Shown here piece after piece: positions 14,188-27,448 of a DNA stretch of 64,000 nt; position 1 is the stretch's first letter, and every line of letters begins with the position of its first letter. Under the pieces are notes generated by a model. The model ran no database searches. It was given only the letters and a program-made list of their open reading frames with translations, and was not told the origin of the DNA. Source of the DNA: Octopus sinensis (Eukaryota); NCBI RefSeq assembly GCF_006345805.1, contig NC_042997.1:21576001-21640000 (forward strand). The letters run 5' to 3'. A program made the position numbers and the translations under genes.

Positions 14188-14720
14188 ATCATCATCATCA
14201 TCGTTTAGCATCCGCTTTCCATGCTACCATGGGTTGGACGGTTCAACTGGGGTCTGGAAGGCCAGAAGGCTTCACCAGGCCCAGTCAGATCTGGCAATGT
14301 TTCTACGGCTGGATGCCCTTCCTAACGCCAACCACTCTGTGAGTGTAGTGGGTGCTTTTACATGCTAGACGAGGCTGGCAAACGGCCACGATCAGATGGT
14401 GCTTTTTACATGCCACCGGCACGGGGGCCAGGCGAGGCTGGCAATGGCCACGATCGGATGGTGCTTTTTACGTGTCACCAGCACAAGGCCACTCGGGGCG
14501 GCGCTGGCAACGGACACGTTCGGATGGTTCTCTTATGTACCACTGGCACTGGTATCACAGCTACAAATTCCATTGATGTTGATCGATTTCGATTTGGCGG
14601 ATTTTACCAATTATTTTCATGTTTTGATTAGAGCTGCGGATTTTTGGGAGTGTATCGCGTTCATCCATACTGGTTTCTTTAATTTTCAGCCATTCAATCA
14701 TGATTTGATTTTTTAGCTCA
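14188..14720 (-). mobile_element. RTE LINE 3'UTR-only copy with four internal ~60-bp repeat units
   Basis: (CAT)n at 14188, ggatgcccttcctaacgccaaccac, and ggtgcttttta units starting near 14351, 14398, 14460 and 14526. Confidence 0.8.
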
Positions 14721-14864
14721 TGTAGTTCTGTTGGGTCAATATTTGTGTTACTTTCTTCATCTATTTGATGTTCATCTGTCTTAGTGTTTATGATGGGTTC
14801 AGGGAGTATTTCACTTTGCCTATGACTTATACTACCTCTTTCAATCCTTAGTGCGTTATTTCTG

Positions 14865-14986
14865 CATCTTCTTCTTCTTCTTCTTCTTCTTCTTCTTCTT
14901 CTTCTTCTTCTTCTCCATCATCATCTTCTTCTCCTTCTTCTTCTCCATCATCATCTTCTTCTTCTTCTTCTTCTTCTTCTTCTTCT
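14865..14986. repeat. (CTT)n microsatellite with (CAT) interruptions
   Basis: Directly visible; explains the poly-F and poly-K ORFs. Confidence 0.95.
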
Positions 14987-14992
14987 CATTAT

Positions 14993-15707
14993 TATTATTG
15001 AGTGAGAGAGCAGTGCATGCCATCAAAGTGACACTGGGATAAAATATACGAAGCCCAGTATACACATCATGACTACCCGTCTGATAAGGGTACACTAGGG
15101 AGTTTCATCACAACCATATGTGTGTGACATGATGATCTCATATCAAGATAAACAGCACATGACCTTGCAGGGGGGGGGGGAGGTCAGTTAGAATTTTCCT
15201 CTGGTTGAGTAATCCATCCCACTCAGTGGTTGTTTTATTGAACCAGCTTGAAAGAGTAACCAAATCTCCTTTGTTGCATTTTATTATGTTAAATATAGAG
15301 AGGATACATTGAATAATGTAAACCAATACAATCCTAAAAGAAAGGGTTATGGTTCAATGCCTTCAGCCATGAGGTGTACCTGATTGGTGTTGACCTAGAT
15401 CAAACAACAACAGCAAATCATTCTGCCCTCAAATTTTTAACTGAAATTACAAAAAAAACTATGGTGTATATTAGAAACTACAAAGCAAACTTACTTAACA
15501 CCACCCTCTCTCTTGTTCACTCTCCAGGTTACACTGTAAACCATGTATGTATATCTCTCTCTCTCTCTCTCTGTATATAATTTAAATAATGAGGGTGATA
15601 AACTGAATATTAATTTAATCAACATCAATTTAAAACCAGTAGCCTAGCATATAGAAAAATCTGAAAATTCAGAAAAATTGTATTACATCCCTTCTTATAC
15701 ACATGTA

Positions 15708-15748
<41 letters not shown>

Positions 15749-16783
15749 TATAGATAAGAAAGTTTCTTTGGTAAAGCACATGGGTGAATATACAAGAAAA
15801 TAGTAAAGAGTGAAAAAACGACAGAAGGCTTAAATGTTAAAAAATATATATATTTGTGTCAAAATGTCTGGAGAATATTGGAAAAAAAATTTTTTCCTTT
15901 CCTTAAAAAGACATAATGTAAAAATTTTTAAAGAAATTACCGGTTTCGCGTGTAGCTTTTCAAATTTCTTGTGACGTTATGTTTATATTGCATGGAGTTA
16001 TCGTTGTATTTATTTTCAGGAGATTTCTAAATAAGGGGAGGTAGTGAGTGATTTCTTCCGGTGTAAGGGAGATAATCGCTTAAAAATTTTTTTCCTTTTC
16101 CCTTGTTAATTTCTCTGTGTCAGTATGTTCGGATGGTTGAGTCTGGGTTTGTACTTTTCAATGAAGAATGTTTCCTTGTTCAGTCTCATTTGTGTTGATG
16201 ATCCGAAAGCACATTGGTAAAATGGGAAGATTAACGGTAGATGGTAGATGCACACTGCATCGACAACAGATTGCATTCCCAGAATATAGAATGATACCTT
16301 TTAGTGAGCACATTGAAAAATGCGCAAAGCAACTACTGCCACAATTTTTAATCTTCCCATTTTACCAATGTGCTTTCGGATCATCAACACAAATGAGACT
16401 GAACAAGGAAACATTCTTCATTGAAAAGTACAAACCCAGACTCAACCATCCGAACATACTGACACAGAGAAATTAACAAGGAAAAGGAAAAAATTTTTAA
16501 GCGATTATCTCCCTTACACCGGAAGAAATCACTCACTACCTCCCCTTATTTAGAAATCTCCTGAAAATAAATACAACGATAACTCCATGCAATATAAACA
16601 TAATGTCACAAGAAATTTGAAAAGCTACACGCGAAACCGGTAATTTCTTTAAAAATTTTAAAATTATGTCTTTTTAAGGAAAGGAAAAAATTTTTTTTCC
16701 AATATTCTCCAGACATTTTGACACAAATATATATATTTTTTAACATTTAAGCATTCTGTCGTTTTTTCACTCTTTACTATTTT

Positions 16784-16818
<35 letters not shown>

Positions 16819-16890
16819 GATTACAATGGTTTTAGAACATCCACTACCACTGCGAATTGAATTACTTAAGTAACACAATCCTTCAATTTC
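14993..16890 (+). repeat. Local segmental duplication, copy 1 (carries the Penelope fold-back insertion)
   Basis: 14993-15750 plus 16795-16890 matches 19007-19862, with about ten substitutions that I could see. Confidence 0.9.
15752..16790 (+). mobile_element. Penelope-like 3' fragment in fold-back configuration (arms 15794-16234 and 16348-16786, 113-bp spacer) within (TA)n
   Basis: The arms are reverse complements with about five differences. Spacer plus right arm encode a GIY-YIG C-terminus (LHRQQI..PEYR.IP.SEHIEKC...RLNKETFFIEKYKPRLN, ORF 16168-16476). Confidence 0.85.
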
Positions 16891-17742
16891 TTTTAGAGGA
16901 TTGTGATTGTCCATTTATTTGAAAGAATCTATTTCAATGTGTTCTTAGGGTTTATTGCTTCCATTCATCTGCCACATATTCATCTCCCTTCTCAGTTAGC
17001 CTGCCTGTGATTTCACTACATCTGTTTTACATTGGGGACATCATATCTTATGCATCTCAAGCATGTCCATTTCACTGATGGTAGAAGAGTCCTTTTATCT
17101 GTTACTAGTTTCATTCATGAAAGTGTGACCATGCTGGGGTACTGCTCTGATGGGTTTAGTAGAACAAATCAACCCCAGTACTGGTATTTTTAAATCTGGT
17201 ACTTACTCTATTGGTCCTTATTGCTAAATCACAGGTTATCAAACAGTGGAGGGGACAAACACAAAGATACATACACATGCATGCATGTGTATGTGTGTGG
17301 TGCTGGTTGGTACTGGGAAGGGCATCCAGCTGTAGAAACTAGGCCAAAGCAAATTATGGGACCTTGTGCAGCTCCTAGCCTTGCCAACTCCTGTCATTCC
17401 ATCCAACCCATGCCAGCATGGAAAATGAAAGTCAAATGATGATGATGATGATGTATATGACAGTGCTCTACACATTTTCTATCTACCAAAATCACTGACA
17501 AGGTGTTAGTCAGCTTGGGGTTATAGTAGAAGATACTTGCCCATGATGGTGCACACTGGGACTAAAACCAAAACCATGTGGTTGTAAAGCAAACTTCTTA
17601 CCTGCACAGCCATGTTTGTTAGCTAATCTTTGAGGATTGTGAAGTTTGGGGCTTCCTTCTTGCTTTCCAGGTGTATTATGAAAGGAAGTGTTAAAAGTCA
17701 CAATCTAGATCGTAGGTGTGTGTCTTGCCTTTTATGATTCTT

Positions 17743-17985
17743 ATTTCTTTATTTCCCACAAGGAGCTAAACATAGAGGGGACAAACAAGGACAGACAAAG
17801 GTATTAAGTCGATTACATCGACCCCAGTGCATAACTGGTACTTTATTTATCGACCCCGAAAGGATGAAAGGCAAAGTCAACCTCAGCGGAATTTGAACTC
17901 AGAATGTAACGGCAGACAAAATACCGCTAAGCATTTCGCCCGGCATGCTAACGATTCTGCCAGCTCGCTGCCTTCAAAATACTTG
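17743..17985 (-). mobile_element. SINE (ggcggcgagctggc family)
   Basis: Reverse complement of the copies at 27449 and 47330. Confidence 0.85.
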
Positions 17986-18594
17986 CCTTTTATGCTTCTG
18001 CCTTCTTTATGCAGTTTTTGGTGTCTTATTTTGGGAAGGGTGTTTGATTAGTGGGTTTACTTTCTGTTGTTGCTTGAGCATGTTATTTGTGGTGGTTATT
18101 AAGATATGTGATGTAGTATCATCATCAATCATCATTATTTAACATCTGTTTTCCATGTTGTCATGGGTTGAACAGTTTGGTTGGGTCTGGGGAGAGGCAG
18201 GGCTGTGTCGAGCTTCAGCATCAGATTTAGCGTACTTCTTCAGCTGGATGCCTTCCTAATGCCAACCACCTTACAGTCAGCACTGAGTGCTGCTCTTGTG
18301 CTACAAGCACTTGTGAGATTATAAAGTAATTTGCAAAGCAGGAAAAAAATGAAGGGATGGCTGTTATTAATGCTGTTAATTACTTCGAACAGTGTCTCAC
18401 TGTTTATTTTGTGGCTTATGTACGATAAAAACGTTTGCTAGTTTTTTACATTTATTTATTGTATTTTCTGGAAGCTGAGTTTTTATTGTGTGATGTTACA
18501 ATGTTATCCCAGTGTGGTGTGTAGTTATCCCTATTTTTATCAAATGGCTATTTTAGCTATGTAATTTTTAAAATTTATTTATGTGCCCTTTTCA

Positions 18595-18866
18595 AGCCTA
18601 GTTTCCTGGTCTCTGTGGTATATGTGTTCCCCCCAGCTGGATGGGATGCCAGTCCATCACAGCATTACTCAAAAAAGAGGAAGAGAGAGTGAGAGAAAGT
18701 TGTGGCGAAAGAGTATAACAGGGATCACTACCACCCCCTGTCGGAGCCTCATGGAGCTTTAGGTGTTTTTGCTCAATGAACACACACAACGCCCTGTCTG
18801 GTAATCGAAACTGTGATCCTTCAACCACGAGTCCGCTGCCCTAACCATTGGGCCATTGTGCCTCCA
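18595..18866 (-). mobile_element. tRNA-derived SINE
   Basis: Minus strand begins ggaggcacaatggcccaatggttagggcagcggactcg...gtttcgatt (A and B boxes). Confidence 0.7.
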
Positions 18867-19006
18867 GCTATGTAATTAGGGACATATTTATGTCGTCAGG
18901 TCTCAATAAAGCATTCTTTGAATACATAGAGTATGACTGTAGCTAACAAAAAGTGTTGCTATGAATAAATACATTGGTGACCAAAGTGTAATGTATAAAG
19001 ACCAGG

Positions 19007-19733
19007 TATTATTGAGTGAGAGAGCAGTGCATGCCATCAAAGTGACACTGGGATAAAATATACGAAGCCCAGTATACACATCATGACTACCCGTCTTATA
19101 AGGGTACACTAGGGACATTCATCACAACCATATGTGTGTGACATGATGATCTCATATCAAGATAAACAGCACATGACCTTGCAGGGGGGGGGGGGGCTCA
19201 GTTAGAATTTTCCTCTGGTTGAGTAATCCATCCCACTCAGTGGTTGTTTTATTGAACCAGCTTGAAAGAGTAACCAAATCTCCTTTGTTGCATTTTATTA
19301 TGTTAAATATAGAGAGGAAACATTGAATAATGTAAACCAATACAATCCTAAAAGAAAGAGTTATGGTTCAATGCCTTCAGCCATGAGGCGTACCTGATTG
19401 GTGTTGACCTAGATCAAACAACAACAGCAAATCATTCTGCCCTCAAATTTTTAACTGAAATTACAAAAAAAACTATGGTGTATATTAGAAACTACAAAGC
19501 AAACTTACTTAACACCACCCTCTCTCTTGTTCACTCTCCAGGTTACACTGTAAACCATGTATGTATATCTCTCTCTCTCTCTCTCCCTCTCTCTCTCTCT
19601 GTATATAATTTAAATAATGAGGGTGATAAATTGAATATTAATTTAATCAACATCAATTTAAAACCAGTAGCCTAGCATATAGAAAAATCTGAAAATTCAG
19701 AAAAATTATATTACATCCCTTCTTATACACATG

Positions 19734-19782
<49 letters not shown>

Positions 19783-19975
19783 ATATAAATGATTACAATG
19801 TTTTTAGAACATCCACTACCACTGTGAATTGAATTACTTAAGTAACACAATCCATCAATTTCGCCTGGCATGCTAACGATTCTGCCAGGTCGCTGTCTTC
19901 AAAATACTTGCCTTTTATGCTTCTGCCTTCTTTATGCACTTTTACACTGTAAACCATGTATGTATATCTCTATCT
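19007..19975 (+). repeat. Local segmental duplication, copy 2 (composite of three templates, no Penelope insertion)
   Basis: 19007-19862 matches 14993-15750 plus 16795-16890. About 19858-19938 matches 17931-18011. About 19942-19975 matches 15530-15560. Confidence 0.85.
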
Positions 19976-20898
19976 ATCTCTCTCTCCCTCTCATTAGATA
20001 TAGAGAGATCAGATATGAGTAAATACAGAATAAGGAAAAGAAAGAGAAGAGATATGAGAAGCTAAGTTAAACAAATGTGAACTGTTTGAGATGATCTCCA
20101 GAATATTATTGAGAGAGGAGGCACTGATTGCCATAGGTACAGAATACTTAAACACTTTTAATTCAGTTTTTAAGAAAATTATTAGATGTCTAAATTTTAG
20201 TCAGTTCAGATTGGATCGTCCTTCCCATGACCATCTCATCTAATTTTCAAACAATTCAACTAGGACTATATTATCCAATATGTCAATCTTTTTAAAGATT
20301 ATAAGGTATGGTTTGAAGAGAATTTACTTGCTATTTTTTGCGGGTTGAATGACCACATAGAGGCTCCTTTAGATTGGCTGTTGATGCAAGAGGTTATTTA
20401 GTTTTAAGAAGTAGGCTTACCTCATTAATGTCTACATGCGTCCATAAAATATCAATGTGTGTTAGTTTCTCCCATTAGTAATTCCCATATACCTGAAACT
20501 GATGAGCCATTAACCCATATTACATCAGAAACCTTTGTTCCATAAGTAACTTTCTATGACAAAAATATTCTCTTCTCTTAAAATATTACCATGCAAAACT
20601 GAATACATATAAAAACTAGTCACTGCTTCAGTGAAAGCTAATGTCTTGGTTATTCATTCTTCACAGTTATTTAATTCTGAAAACAGTTGACCTTGAAGGA
20701 AGTTTAAGACAACTAGCAATTAACTCAGTTGCTTGATGGTTAATTAAGCCATCAAGCCACTTACAATTAACAAAAAAAATTACAGACAATCAAATGACTG
20801 ATAATTAACCAATCACATATAGAGCAAGTGCTGCTCCCAACATTGCAGTAACTTTTTTTATTGATAGAAAGAGAGAGAGAGAGAGGGGGGGAGAGAGA

Positions 20899-20929
<31 letters not shown>

Positions 20930-20943
20930 GGTGCATATATATA

Positions 20944-21365
20944 CAGGTTGTCCCAAAATTAAAGCAAGCAATTTTTTTCAATTTTGTCAAAGCAAAATAT
21001 TGTTACATTTTGGGTCTGAGCATTGCAATGCAATGGTAAAGGAAACACAATTATGATACTACCACATTTATTCAATATGACCACCTCTGTTTCGAATCAC
21101 AGCCTAGGTGCAAATGCTTCACATATGGCACACAGCTGTTCATGTGGAATTGAAGCCAATTCCTAGTGCAGTTTCATCTTCAGTGTGTTGAGCAAAGTAT
21201 GAGGAGTGCTCGAGACCCTTGTCTCCAAAATGGATCAAACAGAAAAATCTAATTGGTTGAGATCTGGGGCTTCTTGAGAGCCATGCATCCTTGTCTATGA
21301 ATGACAGAATGCTTTTCTGAATTGAATGTTGTGTCTGTTTGGAGCTGTTGGATGCTCCAAGGGGC
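20944..21365 (-). mobile_element. Tc1/mariner transposon 3' fragment (transposase C-terminus and TIR)
   Basis: Minus strand gives GASNSSKQTQ (DGAPAH-like), FIDKDAWLSRSPDLNQLDF (WPxxSPDLNPLD-like) and RL.AVIRNRGGHIE*. The end reads TA|caggttgtcccaaaa. Confidence 0.75.
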
Positions 21366-21369
21366 AAAT

Positions 21370-22179
21370 TGAAAATGCTTGGATGTGTAATGTCACACAT
21401 CCGATAAAGTGTAAGCACTCTGAGAGAAATGTTGGACATAAGGAGCATCGGATGTGGCATGAAAGAGAGATGTTTGTGCTGATATGGTCATGTACTACGG
21501 ATGGAGGAGGAGGTGTGTGTGAAGAAGTGCCACTCCCAAACAGTTGAAGGAATCCGGGGTAGAGGTAGACCTAGGAAGACATGGGATGAGCAAGACCTTC
21601 AAACATTGGGCCTCACAGAAGCAATGATAAAAGACCAAGACTTCTGGAGATATGCTGTGACTGTGAAGACCCGACAAATAAAGTGAGTTCATAGTTGTAT
21701 CCTACACCAGTTTCACATAACCAGCCCCAGCCAATTCAAAAGTACCTTGGAATGTAGGACAACCTGCTGTGCTTACCTTGGATCGTAGGGTGACCTGCTG
21801 TGCTTGAGGAGATCTATTGAGTCAAGTACATCAACATCAAAATAAAAATCAAATGGAAATTGTAGTTGTAATACCCATGCCAGTGGCACATAAAAAGCAC
21901 CAACCAAACATGGCCAATGCCAGTGCCACCTTGACTGGCTTCTGTGCTGGTGGCACGTAAAAAGCACCAACCAATTGTGGCCGTTGCCAGCCTTTTCTGG
22001 CCCCTGTGCCAGTGGTGCGTAAAAAGCACCCACTACACTCACAGAGTGGTTGGTGTTAGGAAGGGCATCCAGCTGTAGAAACTCTGACTTGCTTGTTCTT
22101 GTCAAACTATCCAACCCATGCTAGCATGGAAAATCAACGTCAAATGATGAAGATGGTGATGATGATGATGATGATGATG
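21370..22179 (+). mobile_element. RTE LINE 3' end
   Basis: ORF 21501-21686 (GRGRPRKTWDEQDL), then the 3'UTR repeat units and a (TGA)n tail at about 22145-22179. Confidence 0.85.
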
Positions 22180-22529
22180 CATACATACACACATTCAAAT
22201 TATGTGTTAGAAGCAGCTTAATAATGTACATATAATCAGTAATTCATACTTAATGTATGTGTGTTGTTAAAATGCCCAAGCTATGTTCTTCTGTCTGAGA
22301 AAGATCCCTTTAAAGATATATCGAGTTAAAAAATGCAATATACTTCAAAGCTAGGTAAAACAAAACAGCTCTGTGAGTAAACAAGACTGAGAGATACTGA
22401 TTTTGCCAGCACAGTCGTCTCTCTTGCACACCACATCTGATGCTTATCAATGCTGTGTATTCACCCTACTTCTGAAACAAAATAGAAGTTCCCAGCCTGA
22501 AATGTATATATAAATAGTCATCTTCATAA

Positions 22530-23990
22530 TCCTCGTCGTCATTTAACGTCCACTTTCCACCCTGGCATGGGTTGAATGGTTTGACTGAGGGCTGGCAAGC
22601 CAGAAGGCTGCACCAGGCTCCAATCTAATCTGGCAAAGTTTCTACAGCTGGTTGCCCTTCCTAATGCCAGCCACTCTGAGAGTGTAGTGGGTGCTTTTTA
22701 TGTGCCACCAACATGAGGACCAGTGAGGTGGCACTGGCAATGACCATGCTCGAATGGTTTTTTTCACATGCTACCGGCATGAGTGCCAATCAGGTGGTAC
22801 TGTCATCAGCCACAACAACGATTTCACTTGCTTCAACAAGTCTTCGTAAGTGCAGTTTATTGCCCAATGATTGAAAGATACTCTTAAATGGGCTGGTTAT
22901 GTTGCACTGGTATAGGCCACAGTTACAGTCTCACTTGGCTTGCCAGGTCTTCACAAGCACAACGTCTCCAAAGGTCTCAGTCACTTGTCATCACCTTGGT
23001 GAGGTCCAACGTTTGAAGGTTGTGCTTCACTACTTCCTTCCAGTTCTTCCTGGGGCTACCTCTTCCACAGGTACCCTCAACTGCTAGGGTGTGACACTTT
23101 TTCCACACAGCTGTCCTCATCCATATGCAACACATGACCATACCAGCACAGTCGTCTCTCTTGCACACCACATCTGATGCTTCTTAGGTCCAACTTTTCT
23201 CTCAGGGCACTTACACTCTGTCGTGTATGCATAGGTGAATAGGTGACTGGCAGGTTTCCTGAAGTTAGTATTACAAACCATAAGATCATTTGCAATGCGG
23301 AACTCCAGCAGCCTGGTTCCCTCCTCATTGCAGGAACCAAAGCCATAGCCTCCATGGAAGCCCCCTGCAAGTTGTCCAACATGCCTTTTGAAGTCACCAG
23401 CCACAAAGAGAAGGTCCCTATCTCATTTGTTGACTAGGTAGTCTGCAAGAGGGTGTAATAAAATCGGTCTTTCTGTTCATATGGTAGCCCCCGGCTGAGG
23501 GGCATAGGCCAAGATAATGGTTGCGAACCCATTTTGCAGCACTAATCTAATCATAAGTATTCTATCACAGACTCTGACTACCTCGATTATCTTATCAACC
23601 CATTTCTCTGCAAGAAGTATACCCATGCCCCTGACTCCATCAGTGTTCTCTGCCCAGAAAATCTTATACTTATGTTCTTTGCCTGTGAGGAACCTAGCAG
23701 AACTTCCTCTCCACCTTACTTCTTGGATGCAGCACAAATATACACGTCTCTCTTCAAGCATCTCAACAATCTCACCAGACCTACCTTTCAGTGTGCCAAC
23801 ATTAAGTATGCCAACGCTTAGGGTGTGGGAGGTGTGGGCCTGTGAGACCCTGGGGTGGAGAACAGTAGTGTCATGTAGCCGAAAAGAGAGCTCGCATTTG
23901 GTAGAACTCATAAACATACAATGGCCTTTAGCCTGCATATACTACACAATCATTTTTATGCACTACATAATCACTACATTACATAGGAGA
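22530..23990 (-). mobile_element. RTE LINE with a large internal deletion: AP-endonuclease N-terminus fused to the C-terminus and 3'UTR, RT missing
   Basis: ORF 23477-23938 (LNVGTLKGRSGE..LCCIQEVRWRG..AYAPQPG). GDFKRHVG..CNEEGTRLLEF..NTNFRK.ASHLFTY joins at about 23230-23235 to HTRQSVSALREKL..RRLCWYGHV. Confidence 0.85.
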
Positions 23991-26029
23991 TAAGCCCTAA
24001 ATAGGGATGGGGTAACATTAAGCCTTTGGAGGTGTTCATGGGAGAGACATCCGATAGAGGTCAGAGGATAGATTTCCAGTTGAATAGTATGAAAACTATT
24101 TGCTTATTGGCAATAATGTTGCACATATAGAATAAATTCAAATTCTTAGAAGCGGCTCAATAATGAATCAATGATTAATTGGTCAGTTAGGTTTATCAAA
24201 GTCTTTTTTGATGGCATTTTCACCCTTATCAATGACATGCTTCCTTTCTACTGCCAGTCTGTTTATCTCCTAGTTTATAATGTCAATATTTATATTTATG
24301 GGGATGTGAGTGAGAATGTCTGAGACAGAGAATGCATGTGTTTGTGTTGTGTCGGTGCATGTGCATGTATGTGTGGCAGGATGTGGATTCTCTAAGTGTA
24401 CAATAAAGAATGTGTGTGTGTGTGTGTGTGAGCACTTGTATGCTTGCATGTGCATTCACATGCATCTGTGTAAGTGTGCAATGTGGATTCTGCAAGAGGT
24501 GTGAGTGTGTAAATGTTTCTTATCAATTTATCATATGGTGAGTGTCCTTGTCTTTGTGAATGGATTGCTTGTGTGTCAGATAACTAATATAGCCAGATAA
24601 CTAATATCTTCTTTGCCATCCCACACATAACTGTAAGTCACAAATCTCTCAAGTGGCCCACTTATTGCTACAACATTGAAGCAGATCAGGCAAAGAACAT
24701 GACCTCAAACACTTGGAGAATATGATCCACCACTGGGTAGCTTTTACTGAGTACTGAAGCTTTTGCAAGACTGTGAAGCCAAAATGCTTCTATGCAATGT
24801 TACAATCTCTCTTGCTTTATAAACTAAGCAGATCCCTTTGGTGAAACAGATAAATACCAACTTTGTGAAATCTCCTTCTCAACCATGATGTGTCTATAAT
24901 TAGTACTCCCATAGAGAAATATCCCTCATCACACTTTCTACTTAATTTGCATTCAAATCTACATTTCAAACACTCAATAAATCGCCTCCAAAGCTATCTC
25001 TTTCTATTACTATCTTCACATACATGCCATGCATAAAAGCACACTTGATTACTTCAAACCAAAAAAAATCTGCTGGAAATGTAAATAAATTAATGGCACT
25101 GTTTATTCACAAGCTGCAATATCAAATAAAGAATAACAGTACAGTCATAACTTCATTTTTTAACCACTTTTACTTGGTCCATGATTAAATGGATCTGCAT
25201 GTCATTATACAAGCATATATGCTATTTGTATTATGCATCCCATCAAGAGACTGAATTTCCTATCCTTTAGAGGTTTCTTTGTTCGGTTTGTAAGATGTAC
25301 ATAGTTTGTTGCAACACCTTTCTCTACTCCCATCATCTTGTCTTTAAAGTTTCAGAATGTGATTGACTTATTGATAAAATTTTGACTGATTCTCATAAAA
25401 ATATATTAATTACATCAGTCCTCCAATAAATTCGTGATATCTCAAACATTTTGATACCTTCTAAATATAAAATTTAAATTTTAAAATTCCATTCTGTTTT
25501 TTTTTTCCCTTTTATTTTCTTCTCTTCTATGATGCCATTGATCTCAGACCATTCTACAATGCTACACATACTTAGTGGTTAGTCATTGATGAATACTTCC
25601 AAATCTGTGTTCTATTTTGACCATTGTTGTATTCCAACCCTATTCCTGTCACTTCTTTTCAAAACTCTAGCCTAGATATTTCAGGTCATCTAAACTGTTT
25701 CACTCCTACCTTTATCGAGTTTGGTGCCATTGCAAGAGAAAAGTCAATATTTATATGGCAGTTGTTGATTGAAGGTCTGATAAATGTTCTATAGAAGTGT
25801 TTAAATATATTTTAGAGTACATATTGCTGGAATTATTTCCACAGCTTTGAGATAAAATAACAGAGATGATTCTTATTGAAACATCTTTATTGTAGTGTTC
25901 TGATTTATATGCATTTGGAGAGGAAGCATTTCCAATGAAATTATAATGAATCCTAGCCTTAAATTTCAAGAGAGGTTATTTATTCCATAATTTTGTGATA
26001 ATTTTTATATAACATAAGATTTACTACAA

Positions 26030-26225
26030 TTCATCATCATCATCATCATCGTTTAACATGCGCTTTCCATGCTAGCATGGGTTGGATGATTTGACTGAGG
26101 TCTGGTGAACCAGATGGCTGCACCAGACTCCAATCTGATCTGGCATAGTTTCTACAGCTGGATGCCCTTCCTAACACCAACCACTCTGAGAGTGTAGTGG
26201 GTGCTTTTACATGCCACCGGCACGA
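26030..26225 (-). mobile_element. RTE 3'UTR terminal fragment
   Basis: (CAT)n followed by gtttaacatgcgctttccatgctagcatgggttgg, as at 14188. Confidence 0.8.
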
Positions 26226-26247
26226 CTATGTGTGAGTATGATATTTC

Positions 26248-26633
26248 TTATTTCTTTATTGCCCACAAGAGGCTAAACATAGAGGGAACAAACAAGGACA
26301 GTGCATAACTGGTACTTAATTTATCGACCTCGAAAGGATGAAAGGCAAAGTCGACCTAGGCGGAATTTGAACTCACAACGTAACGGCAGACGAAATACCT
26401 ATTTCTTTACTACCCACAAGGGGCTAAACATAGAGAGGACAAACAAGGACAGACAAACGGATTAAGTCGATTATATCGACCCCAGTGCGTAACTGGTACT
26501 TAATTTATCGACCCCGAAAGGATGAACGGCAAAGTCGACCTCGGCGGAATTTGAACTCAGAACGTAGCGGCAGACGAAATACCGCTAAGCATTTTACCCG
26601 GTGTGCTAATGTTTCTGCCAGCTCGCTGCCTTC
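26248..26633 (-). mobile_element. Dimeric SINE (ggcggcgagctggc family)
   Basis: Two gtcgacc..ggcggaatttgaactc cores. Reverse complement of 27449-27850. Confidence 0.85.
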
Positions 26634-26639
26634 GAAGGC

Positions 26640-27085
26640 CTTGCAATTAAGAACAAGCGATTACTCGAAATACCTAGAAAACAAAAGAGACAATAAAGCC
26701 CTTGAAACTCCAACATACAACCGGAAATGTAAGATTATGTCATATTTCTGTGGAAGACATCACACATGTGATTAACAGCTGCCCAAAAATGTCGAAGTAC
26801 GACCTCCCAACGTGACACGCTGTTGTCACTAAAACAGTATACAGTGCTATTCGGGGAAAAAGAGGTTGTAGCGGAATAAATATAAAGAAACCCGCTGTTA
26901 TTGAATACATGCAGAAACATTAGCACAACAAATTGGTGGAACTCATCAAAACATCTGACAAGTGTAAACATAACAAGTCGGATACTATTGGTTGAAACAG
27001 AGGAGAAAACTATGTACCATCATACAGGTCAGTTGTCCTGCTGATGTGCATATCTCTTCGAAATTCAAAGAAAAAGAAAAACCTA
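26640..27085 (+). mobile_element. Dong/R4 fragment (Cys/His region and start of the REL endonuclease)
   Basis: Hand translation gives CR.CH.SVEDITHVINSCPKMS..RH.VV and KCKHNKSD....EK.C..I.VSCPAD. Same family as 3730-4350. Confidence 0.65.
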
Positions 27086-27448
27086 ACTCCGGACATCGTG
27101 GTGGTGGGGGTGTATGATGATAGTGCTAGTGATGGTGATAGGGGGATGATGGGCGGTGTGGTGGTGGAAGTGGTGGATTACAGTTGATCTTCTGATCGAA
27201 CCAAGAAAGCTGTGCATCCATTGGGTTTTTATCTACTGACGGGGTAAACTTTGGCCGGAACAGACGCTACACTGCATCCCGCCTGATGCTCTAACAAGTC
27301 TGCTCACATTATCGACCCCGAAAGGTTGAAAGGAAACATTAATTTCACCAGGATTTGAAGTCAGAACACAGAAATTTGAAGTTAGTACCGCTGACGTTTC
27401 AACTATTTCGCTGTTGCAGACTCGTGGTAGTGATATACAGAACTCTAA

